This document shows positions 41,647 through 53,419 of a stretch of DNA of 64,000 nucleotides, piece by piece. Origin of the DNA: Octopus sinensis (taxonomy: Eukaryota); contig NC_043007.1 of NCBI RefSeq assembly GCF_006345805.1, positions 43,524,001 to 43,588,000 on the forward strand, written 5' to 3'. The notes below the pieces were generated by a model that had not been told where the DNA came from, did not search any database, and saw only the letters and a program-made list of their open reading frames with translations. A program made the translations under genes and the position numbers. How positions within the stretch are numbered: the stretch's first letter is position 1; each line of letters opens with the position of its first letter.

Positions 41647-41716
41647 CAACTATGATTGTCACACGCTGACGAGAGGTCAATACCTCGAAACTCGAGTCCG
41701 TGTGTATCATAAGTTG
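41647..41716 (+). ncRNA. Type I hammerhead ribozyme, intact (cleavage after C41698)
   Basis: CAACUAUGAUUGU CACACG CUGACGA GAGGU CAAU ACCUC GAAA CUCGAG UC CGUGUG U AUCAUAAGUUG. Confidence 0.95.
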
Positions 41717-41912
41717 AAGACGGGAAGGATGACTTCCCTTTGCAAATACTGACAGGACACAGAAAGTGTGTCTATGGCCAGCTGGAGGAGTGTGTCCTCC
41801 TGGGGCTAAAAACTACAGTAGCATCCACCCTTAGGGGTTAGCCATATTGAAATGGCAAAAATACGTCACGATGCGTTACCGCTACTGTATATAACTCACT
41901 TTGATATTTATC

Positions 41913-42008
<96 letters not shown>

Positions 42009-43211
42009 GTATACACATACACTTAATGACTTAATGTATGTATGTTGTTAAAACACCACTTGCTGTAGTTTTTCGTTTGGGAAAGGTTCCTTTAGAAACG
42101 CATAGTGTTAAAAAATACAATACTATGTTTTTTTTTTTAACATTATACGTCTTACAAAGGATCTTTGTCATACGAAAAACCGCAGATCCTGGTGTTTTAA
42201 CAGCACACATACATTAAATTCTGTGATATTGATAACGTTTGCATTATTGAGCTGCTTCAAACACATAATTTGAATATTTCTATATAGTTTATTTCTGTAT
42301 TTATTTCTACGATTTTTAGATCCTTCTATTTTATTTTCAGGACAAAACATACTCAAATAGATGAACAACAACGCCGCACACTTGATGTATGCATGCTCTG
42401 GGAAGAAAACCCCACAGAATATTGCAAAATAGATTTTCTAAAAAAAATATAAGACACCATCGGAGAAAGAAGAGTTCGTGTTCTTAGTCACTGCTGGGGA
42501 GAAAAAAAGGAGCTGGTTAGAGACATCCACTACTTTGCATACTTCCAAATGGGAATAGCGTTGGTCGCTCTGCGAAGACAAACGACGGCCAGTTAAGAGA
42601 TAACAATGGATATCATCGAGAAGAACTATCATGTCATGGGAGATAGAGATGCAGGGAATATGAGAGTCACAAGAATCCGGGTTCAACCCGGTGATAATGG
42701 TGATGATAACCATGATGATGATGATGATAATGATGATAATGATGATAATCACGACGACGACGATAATATGTGGTCATTGTAAATAAGAACGTTATCGAAG
42801 TATGCGTATAAATATTTGTTGATAGGCAGTTTTTTTAAAATATTATTAAGGGTTCTTTTTCTCTCTAATAACCTTTTCCCCCTTTTCTCAGTGGTTATAC
42901 CTTTGTGGAAATGTATTTGATATAAATGTTTTTCATGTCATTGTTTTCCACTTTATATACTTTACGCACAATTTTATAGACTCTTATTTTCCATTTTCCC
43001 CATAAACAAAATGAAAAAAAATTATCCCGTACATATGATACAACCTTTAGTTAAAATGTATATATCTGCCACGTTAATAAGCTTAAATATTTCACGGAAT
43101 AACACTTATGCGCATGCATTAAGTGATAGGTGATATAAAAAACTTAGTTCAATTAAAAACGAATACACCACCACTGCCATCATCTCCCCTCTCTCTCCTG
43201 TTTCTCTCTCC

Positions 43212-43254
<43 letters not shown>

Positions 43255-43960
43255 GTTCCTTTAACCTCACCGTCAGAACATCACCCCTCTACTAAAATTA
43301 TATTTTTAACTCTCCTCCGCTACTTTCAACTAACATTTTTAATCACGTAATAAATATTACGTTCTCCCTACCTCACGTCATGGAAGCTTCCTTCTCGTTT
43401 TTCTTTCTCCATCTTCCTGCGTCACTCTTCGCCTTATCCTCTTTTTCTCTCTCCTCTCTTTCCCTTCAACTAATCACGCGAAAGCGATACAATTACATTC
43501 CCTCTACCCCACACCATGGACGCTTCTCTTTCCCTATTTTCTGTCTCCCTACTTTTCTCTAATCACATGAAAGCGCTACCGACGGGCTAAGCAACGCAAT
43601 GACAAGCAGAATTATTATAAGATGACTCAGTTAGATGCCAGGATCTTTTAAGGGCCTCCGTGAATGGTAGATGGGAAGGACGAAGTTATCCCCAGAGCAG
43701 ATGGCAGGTCCACGTACATGCAACAGAATGGTGTTAAACTGAGTGACGAATTACATCTGCCACCTAACAACAAAAGCGATTTCTCTAGTGGGCTTCCGTA
43801 CAGTTTCCGTCTATCATGTATCACGATGTTTTGATAAACTCGATGTAAGTGGGGAAGAAGACACTTGTTGAAGAAGTCAGGCTACAGGAATGGATATGAA
43901 AAATTATAGTTTCCAATCGAGCTTCTTAACTACACAGCCATGCTTTCGAGTTCTCACACA

Positions 43961-44095
43961 GCTTGCTTACTAACCACATACTTCCGGGTTCAGTCCCACT
44001 GCGTGGCATCTTGGGCAAGTGCCTTCTACTATAGCCTTAGGCCGACCCAAGCCTTGTGAGTGGATTTGGTTGACGGAAACTGAAAGAAGCCCATC

Positions 44096-44161
<66 letters not shown>

Positions 44162-44410
44162 GTATGTATATATATGTATGTGTGTGTATATGTTTGTATG
44201 TCTGTGTTTGCCCCCCCCCCCGACATCGCTTGACAACCGATGCTGGTGTGTTTACGTCCCCGTAACTTAGCGGTTCGGCAAGAGGAACCGATAGAATAAG
44301 TACTATGCTTACAAAGAACAAGTTTTGGAGTCGATTTGCTCGACTGAATGCGGTGCTCCAGCATGGCCGCAGACAAAATGAATGAAACAAATAAAAGAAT
44401 AAAAGAAAAG
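43961..44410 (+). mobile_element. tRNA-derived SINE family 2
   Basis: ccgggttcagtcccactgcgtggcatcttgggcaagtg head and core, TA/TG tract and family tail. Preceded by a diverged opposite-strand head at about 43780-43945. Confidence 0.85.
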
Positions 44411-44539
44411 AATGTATGGTCCTAGGAAAACTGCTGACATCTACCCTATGAGGAGGACTAAAGTCATATCTATTCTTCTTTTATTCTTTCATGTGTTTCA
44501 GCCAGGTGGCTGTGGTCATGCTGGAGCACCACTATGATT

Positions 44540-45325
44540 TGTTTTCGTTCTTTATTTTTGCACCCTCTCCACAATCCTACCGTGGCTCCTCTCCTCTGAC
44601 TGATGTGATCCCATCAAAATTGTCGATCGCCTCTGGTGTATAAGGGAATTTAACATTGCAGCCCCCAACTGTGCCTCATGTCGGCCCATTGGTTCGTCTG
44701 GTATTGCGGATAGGAGAATGTCTAGTTTCTTTTTGAAGACTTCCACATCTATATCGTGTAAGTTTCTCAATTGTTTTAGCAGAGCATTGTAGAGCTGTGG
44801 TCCTCGGAAACCTAGTACCTGGTTCTTATATTAGATGTATTGGACGGTACTTTCGGTCCTATTCAATGGCGTCCAGTATGAGCATTCATATAACACAATT
44901 TTGTACCGTACTGTGGCGGTTTCCTTTGCAAATTTATAGAAAGCCTTGGGGCTTGTTTTATGCTTTCTACAGCTCTCTTCTTGTTCTCTGTTCTTACCTT
45001 TTCATGGGTGAGTTTAATTTTGTTTTCAATTTCCAGCAGTATCTGTCTTAACTTAGCCTTTTTACTACTATCTTTCAGTTTTCAATTTAACTGGTTTGAG
45101 ATCTTTGTGCTGTGTCTCATAAGGATTTTCCTACCTCTGGGGATTCTATTTATATGTACTCTGGCTTTTCTTTCTGGCACATATTTGGTGTATATAGCTT
45201 GCACAATCGACGTAAAGGGACATAGTTTTAGGTCATTGTCTTGTACAGACGGGCTGTCAGATCAGTTTTGATTGTGGATCTCTTTGTGGATTGATTTCCA
45301 GTTTGCGTTTTGGTTGGATATGGCT
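44540..45325 (-). mobile_element. CR1/L2-type LINE ORF2 remnant with an internal deletion removing the RT
   Basis: The linker ANWKSIHKEI...KAFYKFAKE is joined directly to the 3' end TGRH...GFRGPQLYNAL...LRNLHDIDVEVFKKKLDILLSAIPDEP...NSLIHQ. Confidence 0.75.
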
Positions 45326-45395
45326 TTTATATATATATATATATATATATTTCATACATGTATGTACCTACATATAATTATATAAGTTCTATCCA

Positions 45396-45450
<55 letters not shown>

Positions 45451-45479
45451 ATATAAATAAATATATATATATGTATATA

Positions 45480-46450
45480 TAAATCCAAATAATGGAACAG
45501 GAACACAATAGACGACAATAAAACATCCGGACAGATAAATGATACAAAGACGGACAGGAAAAAACAAGGACGGGTTATTCGTAGCCTTTTCTCCTCAGTC
45601 AAGTTTCCATATTATCCTTACAGTTTCGGCCGGTTACACTTGAGGCTGTTCAAATCTGGTTAACCCCCAAAGTCTAAGCCAAGAGCATTAAATATTTTGG
45701 GAGAAAGCAAGCGAGTGTGTACAACAGACAGAAAAAAAGCAGAAACAAAAAAGAACGGAGAAAATGTTACAAAATTACAAATACAAGCAGCAAGAAAATA
45801 ACAACGGGTGTCTTTCGCCTATTAGGGACGAATCAAATTGAGCTGGCATGTGTAGAGTGAAAGCCTTGAGGCAGGAACATAGGAGATGAACCTAAGAGAT
45901 GAAAGTCATGAGATTATAGAGGTGCTTCGAGGTCGGCAATCAAGCCAAGAAAGAAAGGTCATGCTTAAGCCGAACACCGGTCTCGTGGAAGGAAAGGAGA
46001 GAGGTCGGGGAAAGAAGGGTTGAATAATTAGGTGGAGAACTGGAAAGAAAGAAAATCAAAGCGGTATAGAGAAGGTGCAAGGGAGATGAATGCGGAAAGT
46101 AGATAGATTAAAGAAAGAGAAGGACAAGAAATGTGAGAGAAAGGGAGCGTGAAAAAAAGTGAAAAGAAAGAAGAAACTATGAGGGGGACTAAAAGAAAGA
46201 GTAAAAGAATTGTACAGAATCTAGATACATACATACAAGGTGAGCAAAAGTCTACGTGCGCTGCTATATGTATGTATAAATCCAAAAATGGAACAAGAAG
46301 GCAACATATGACAATGAAACATCCGAACAGATAGACATTACAAAGACGGACAGGAAAAACAAGGACGAGTCATTCGTGGCCTTCTCTCTTCAGTCAAGTT
46401 TCCAGATTACCCTTACAGTTTCGGCCGGTTACACTTTAGACTGTCCAGTT
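45480..46450. repeat. Two direct copies (45480-45680 and 46262-46450) of a roughly 190-bp dispersed repeat
   Basis: Shared aaatccaa..aatggaacag...acaaagacggacaggaaaaa..caaggacg...cagtcaagtttcca..ttac.cttacagtttcggccggttacactt. Confidence 0.8.
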
Positions 46451-47569
46451 ATGCTTGAGACGCACTTTCTTATTTCTTTTTTTTACATATTTTGTAGAAT
46501 ATTCAGTTGAATATTTTTTGTGCGAAGTCTATTTCTGTCTCTTTTCTCTTTCTTTCTCTTTTACCTTTCTCCCTCTCTCTTTTTTATCTTTTCCCCCTTC
46601 TCTTCCTCTCTTTAACACTTTCTTCAGTGTTACTTCTTTCCCTTTGCCCTCCACTCTTTCTCTCGTCTCCCACTACCACATGACCCGTGACCATTCACAT
46701 CTCTCTCATCCATTTCCTTTTTCGCCCTACCATTGACTCGGTCAGTCACGTTTCTCTCTACTCCTCCATCTTTTCTTTTTACAGGATTTGTTTTCTTCAC
46801 CTTTCATTCTGATTTTCTGTTTGCCCCTTTCTCGTTTCCAGCCCAACAGGATATTTTCCTTCGCGTTGCCTAATATTCCTCCATCTTGCGGCCGCACGGC
46901 CTTTCTTCGTTTTATATGTATAATTATTTTATTTTGTCGTGTTTGCTTTCGTCAGTGTCCTGTACGTTCGATCACTATTTCCAGTGACTCCACGCTGCTG
47001 GCGCCACTAAATATGAACACTATCATCATTAAAGGTGCAAAATTGGTTTGCTCTTTTGGACGTTGACTGATGAGGAATTAGCCACGAATTTTCTGTTTGT
47101 TGAGTTTTTGTTAAATTTTTGAAACATTATTTAATGTAACGCTATGCACTTTTTCTTTTTATGTATGTATGTATGTATGTATGTATGTATGTATGTATGT
47201 ATGTATGTATGTATGTATGTATCTATCTATCTATCTATCTAATATCTATATTCTTTCAATTTTTCTTTCGCGTTACTCGTTTCTCCATGCTGATCCTTTC
47301 TGACAGTAACCCTTATTTGTTTTTCCAATTAAAGAATAACATATTTTGTATGTCTTCGAAACGAGAAATTGTTGATGGGAGGTTATGGACAACACTGACC
47401 TAAGCGATCTTTCTAAGAAATGTGAACAAACATGCGCGTGCACAGACACATACACATGCGTACATGCATAAATGCATATATAAATATGCGTGTGCATGCA
47501 TGAGTATATATGTACACACACACAAGTATATGTATGTGCGTGTATAAATATGTATATATAATAATAAAA

Positions 47570-47610
<41 letters not shown>

Positions 47611-48479
47611 CGTAGTCTGATCAATAAATATCCGAACCGTTCCATAGTAACGAAGCTAAAGCCGCTTGGCACAGATTGATTTTGAACTCTGCTGTGCATG
47701 CGCATTAAGATTTAATGTTCTAGCTCACCTCCGATGTTTACAGCAGTGCTTGGAAGTAACGTGTGTGGCGTGTGTTGGTCACATTGACCATAACAGAGAA
47801 AGTTGAGCAGAGATTTTGCCAAAAGCTTGGTGATACCTGATCAGAGGCCAACGCAAAGTTTTCAGAAAGTTTTCATCGTCCTCGACACAATCATTGAGAT
47901 GTTGTGCAACTGAAATCCGAGTGTCTTTTCGGTCTGCTAAAAGCAGTTTTGACACAAATTCGACAGATACGCGTCTCATACCCAAATCTTCAGTGACAAT
48001 GGACTGAACTGAACTGAACCGCAATGAATCTGCACATTCTGTGATAAATCACGGATGGTGATTCGACGAACCCCCCAGCTGCTAGTACACCTGCGATGTT
48101 TTTCGCAGTTCTAATGGCTGCAGGTCTCCAAGAACGTTCGTCAATAATTGACATTTTTTCTGTCATCTTGGAAACGCCTGAACCACTCGTACACTTGTGT
48201 GGGCTCATACACTCCTCTGTATACACTTCCTGCAGCTTTGCGCAGGCCTCTGAACAGGTATTACCATGACAACATTCTCTGTCATGGTCAATGCGACGAT
48301 CACCCGTTACACACGTTACTCCGAAGCAGTGCTATAAACAGCGGAAGTGAGTCAGAACGTTAAAACTTAGTGCACATGCACTACAGAGGTCAAGGTCAAT
48401 CTGTGCCAAGCGACTTTACTCTGCCTGCTTTAGCTACATTACTATGCCGACAGTCCGGATACTTATTGATCAGACCTAG
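47611..48479. mobile_element. Mariner-derived non-autonomous element built from two inverted 5' ends
   Basis: TA-flanked with diverged roughly 200-bp inverted arms. Both arms run into the transposase start (TEKVEQR.. and MTEN..). The minus strand also encodes DERS.RP and SVQSIVTEDLGMRRVS.EFVSKLL. Confidence 0.85.
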
Positions 48480-48529
48480 TATATATGTGCGTGTGTGCGT
48501 GTGTGTGTGTGTGTGTGTATGTGTGTGTG

Positions 48530-48919
48530 TTGTTCTTTCTTTTCTTTTACTTGTTTCAGTCATTTGACTGCGGCCATGCTGGGACACCGCCTTTAGTCGA
48601 GCAAATCGACCCCAGGACTTATTCTTTGTAAGCCTAGTACTTATTCTATCGGTCTCTTTTGCCGAACCGCTAAGTTACGGGGACATAAACACACCAGCAC
48701 CGGTTGTCAAGCGATGTTGGGGGGAACAAACACAGACACACAAACATATGCATACATATACATACATATATACGACGGGCTTCTTTTAGTTTCCGTCTAC
48801 CAAATCCACTCACAAGGCTTTGGTCGGTCCGAGGCTATAGCAGAAGACACTTGCCCAAGGTGCCACGCAGAACCCGGAAGCATGTGGTTGGTAAGCAAGC
48901 TACTTACCACACAGCCACA

Positions 48920-48921
<2 letters not shown>
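48530..48921 (-). mobile_element. tRNA-derived SINE family 2, full length
   Basis: High identity to 49668-50070. Confidence 0.9.
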
Positions 48922-48979
<58 letters not shown>

Positions 48980-49605
48980 CGCATATGCAAATACATATGT
49001 ACATGCATTCATATCTCCAGTCTTCTCTTATCTGAGGAACCGGAAACACGCTAGAGAAACTGTAGAGTAACAGAGTATTGTATCAGTCTAAATAAACTGT
49101 ATACCTACAAATGTGCACACACACATACACACACATATCTATAAACACACATATACATATACACATGAGCACACATATATAAAAACATGTGAATATGCTT
49201 GAAATGCCTGTCTCGACGCGCCACTCTATTCAGATAAAAGTCCAGCACCGAATATATTATAGTTTCAAACATCAACTGTTAGACCTTCTCTTTCTTTTCA
49301 TCACATTGTTTAAAAACTGCCACTGAATCCCCTTCCCCCTCCATCTTATTAATTATCGCCTTTATTTCAATACAATCTTCATTAATATAAACGGATTATG
49401 AAAATCGCCAACTCGTTAAACAGAAAGAGGAAACTACGAAAGAAAATAATTTCTGTGATAATAAAAGAATTTCAGATTATGATAATTGTTTAATGGAATA
49501 ATTTAAGTTAAGAATTCTGTGGAAATGATTTAAACTAGTCAACATTACTTGAAAACACAGATAAAGTAAATGGCATTATATGAAAAAAATAAACATAAAA
49601 CAACA

Positions 49606-49667
<62 letters not shown>

Positions 49668-49670
<3 letters not shown>

Positions 49671-50070
49671 CTCTCTTTTACTCTTTACTCTTTACTCTTT
49701 TACTTGTTTCAGTCATTTGACTGCGGCCATGCTGGAGCACCGCCTTTAGTCGAGCAAATCGACCCCGGGACTTATTCTTTGTAAGCCCAGTACTTATTCT
49801 ATCGGTCTCTTTTGCCGAACGGCTAAGTGACGGGGACGTAAACACACCAGCATCGGTTGTCAAGCAATGCTAGGGAGACAAATACAGACACACAAACATA
49901 CACGCACATACATATATACGACAGGCTTCTTTCCGTCTACCAAATCCACTCACAAAGCATTGGTCGGCCTGAGGCTATAGCAGAAGACACTTGCCCAAGG
50001 TGCCACGCAGTGGGACCGCACCCGGAACCATGTGGTTGGTAAGCAAGCTATTTACCACACAGCCACTCCT
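49668..50070 (-). mobile_element. tRNA-derived SINE family 2, full length, abutting an (AAT)n tract
   Basis: The minus strand starts aggagtggctgtgtggtaa and continues through the core and tail. Confidence 0.9.
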
Positions 50071-50689
50071 AATAGCTCCAGACTATATAACAACATGAAC
50101 GTACACTATGAAGCTCACTCCACAAAACAAACTAAATCCCATAACATCGCTGCAATGAAAGGAAAACTTTGCAAAACAACCATGGGAAAAGTTCTGTTAA
50201 AGGAAAGGAACTAAGAAAATCAGATATTTTTGTTATATACAGTCTGGTTTCTTTCTTAAACGCGCAATATCTCAATGTGACATACGCAAGACGTCGAAAC
50301 CAGCACTAGGAACCCGCCAAAAGCACACCAATTACACAGTAAGTACGTAAATTAAATAATTACTTATACATGCATCTGTCCATGCATCCATGTGCATATG
50401 CTAATATTTACAAGCAACATAAATAGTGTCTACACGACACACATGTACACACACAGAAAATAAAAGAATACGTGTAACGAGCGACAACGAACAAAGCAAA
50501 AACAAAGTGACTTCCCACAAATGAATATAAAAAGGAGTAAATTAGTCACCCAGAGACACTTCCAGAGAGACTTAACGACTGATCTACTGCAGCGATACAA
50601 CACGCAGGGAAGGACTCGACATACAGAGAGTGCACACAGGCACTTCCCTGAGAAAAGCTTTGTCCAAGAACAACACCTCTCGCTACTCC

Positions 50690-50990
50690 AAGGAGTGCAC
50701 ATTATCGAACTGCCCCACTAATGACCCTGAATTGTGCCAGAGGACCTCTGTGGCAAATGTGGTACATCCTACATAGGAAGCACAACAAGAAAACTGCATA
50801 TACGCATAAAAGAACACATGCAAGCAGCCACTTCCGTAAAGAGATATCTACGGAAATGCTAGACCCGGGAATTCACTATGCACATCAGGGCAGCACAGCA
50901 GAACAGGGGCAACCTTAGAATCTCTGAGGCCATCCTAATACACCAAAGAAAACCAAATATCAATAACAAAAGAGAGTTACAGGAAGCTAG
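50690..50990 (+). mobile_element. Penelope-like element GIY-YIG endonuclease fragment, second lineage
   Basis: CGKCGTSYIGSTTRKLHIRIKEH...SVKRYLRKC*...LRISEAILIHQRKPNINNKRE matches the canonical PLE C..C..YIG.T.R.L..R..EH...EA..I....P.LN pattern. Confidence 0.8.
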
Positions 50991-51223
50991 CTGGTTGCTA
51001 TAGCAACACCTTTCCGCGCATGTCCACTCCACACACGCTCACACACATGCAAATCGGCAACATACGTTTAATTCTTGAAAATGGAGTCATAACCCCGAAA
51101 TATTGAATGCAAAGTAAGTCTACGTTAATTCATATATTTGTTTTCTTGTGATTTTCCTTGTATTTACTTTGCATTGTTCTGTCCTTACCCACGATCCTTT
51201 ATACAAAATATATAAATATATAC

Positions 51224-51316
<93 letters not shown>

Positions 51317-51379
51317 ATGTATATATACATTTAAATATATATATATATATATTATATATATATATATATAAATGTATAT

Positions 51380-51410
<31 letters not shown>

Positions 51411-51460
51411 CATGTATCGATGTTTGTCTATGTATGTATGTATGTATGTATGTATGTATG

Positions 51461-51533
<73 letters not shown>

Positions 51534-52081
51534 GTGTCTGTCTGTCTGTTTCTCTTTTTTCAGAATTGATCTCGGTCAGAATTTGTGATCGTGAACGTCA
51601 GTTGTCCGACCAACAGATAAACCAGGCTCATTGTAATAACGATGACGTGTAAGTGGTTGAATATTTCACAGCAACATGTATACTTAACGTACTTCTCAAG
51701 TGATTGTGAAGCAAACTTCTTCATCTTAATCATTTGACCAAAGCAGAGAGAAAGAGGGAGAGGGAGATAGAGAAAGAGAGTGAGAGGGAGGGAGAAGGAG
51801 AGTGAGAGAAAAGGATAGAGAAGGATAAAGAGACAGAGAAACTTCCTAATATTTTATGTAAGTCGATACATTTTTCATTTGAGCAATTGTCACTTCGATC
51901 ACTTGAATTACCATTAAATGTCTGTACACTGCACAACACACACACATGCACACACGCGCACACACAAACACACACGCACACACACACACACAAGCACACA
52001 CACACACTGACACGCGAGACACACATACACAAATGTGTATTGTGTGTGTGTGTGTGCGATAGTGTATGTGTATGTGTGTAT

Positions 52082-52177
<96 letters not shown>

Positions 52178-52654
52178 CCGATTGAATAATGAGACCATAT
52201 GTGTCTTTCTCTTCAGGAAGAAATGGGAAATCCGTTGGAAAAAACAAGTGCCTTTCGAAACACGTGTAGAATGAAATAAAACGATTTCTGTTCAATCTTC
52301 GTTCAGCTCCATTTCTTCAATTCACTAATAATATTAAAATTCAATTATCCGCACCAACGCACGGTTGCAACACCATATGGTTGTACCTCCAACCGTGCTG
52401 TCTTCTGCTGTGATTTTTGCTACCAAGGTATCGGTTAAACTTTTGATTAATCTGCTACAAGATTATTCATCTTTCTATTTCACATTATATATATATATAT
52501 ATATGAATGTGTGTGTATATGTATAAGTGTGTGCGTGTATGTATTTGTATGCATATATGCATGTACATGTTTATATATATATATGTGTGTGTGTGTGTAT
52601 GTGTTTGTGTGTGTGTATGTATGTATGTTTGTGTATACACAGATTTGTAGACAC

Positions 52655-52930
52655 AGGCGTGGCCGTGTGATAAGAACTTTACTTTCTAACCACATGGTTA
52701 AGGTTTCAGTCCCACAGCATGACACTTTGGGTTAAGGTTTTCTACTATAAACTCGGGTCAACCAAAACTTTGTAGGTGGGTTTGGTAGATGGAGACTAAA
52801 AGAAGCCCGCAGTATATATATATGTGCGCGTATGAGTGTATGTGTGTGTGAGTGTGTGTGCGCGTATTTATGTCTGTGTTTGTCCTCCACCACCGCTTGA
52901 CACCTGGTGTTGGTTTGGTGGATGTAGGAA
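52655..52930 (+). mobile_element. tRNA-derived SINE family 2, 3' truncated
   Basis: ggcgtggccgtgtgataag...ggtttcagtcccacagcatgacactttggg head and core, followed by part of the tail. Confidence 0.8.
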
Positions 52931-53419
52931 TATATATATGTACATGTATATGTCCAGATCTCTGCGTGTATGCATCCACACTTATACGAGTGTGCATGTG
53001 TGCTTAGATGTACATTCACACATTCGTGGGCGCGAACATGCACACACAGTCACACATACACGCACACGCATACACATATACGCATACTTACGTACACACA
53101 CGAACTCACACACACACACACGTGCACACCTTTATCTCCATGTACAAAAGCATACGAGCACACGCGCACACACATAAATGTGCTCGTGTACATACATGCA
53201 CACGAATGGGTTCACACGTACATGGTGCGCTCGCACGCATAAACATCTATGCGCATGCATACGGTGAGCAGATGTATATGCGTACTCACGCACATGCACG
53301 CGCGCACCTATACTCGCGTGGTCATTTACAAGAGGTGATGTACAAGGAGTAAGAGTATGTTGATAGACAAGCATGGAGAAGTGTTGGGGATTGGTGATTT
53401 GCGGTACTGTTCATGGGGA

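Larger units (their letters stand above)
40405..41915. mobile_element. Retrozyme-like element: tandem/inverted array of a 353-bp unit with type I hammerhead ribozymes
   Basis: Units: 40405-40757 and 40758-41013 (partial) in one orientation; 41014-41164 (partial), 41165-41516, 41517-41869 and 41870-41915 (partial) inverted. Only 1-3 differences per unit. (TA)n on both flanks. Confidence 0.92.

Noticed and set aside
40522-41752. Repeated 63-aa ORF MFDFTFSIS...GAGKS...LETRVRVYHKLK in the retrozyme unit
   Set aside because: It starts at TTG, overlaps the ribozyme and has no recognisable domain; the GAGKS P-loop look-alike lacks context. Better explained as non-coding RNA.
40405-41915. CRISPR-like or ordinary satellite interpretation of the array
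   Set aside because: There are no unique spacers, the context is eukaryotic, and each complete ribozyme region holds a full HHR.
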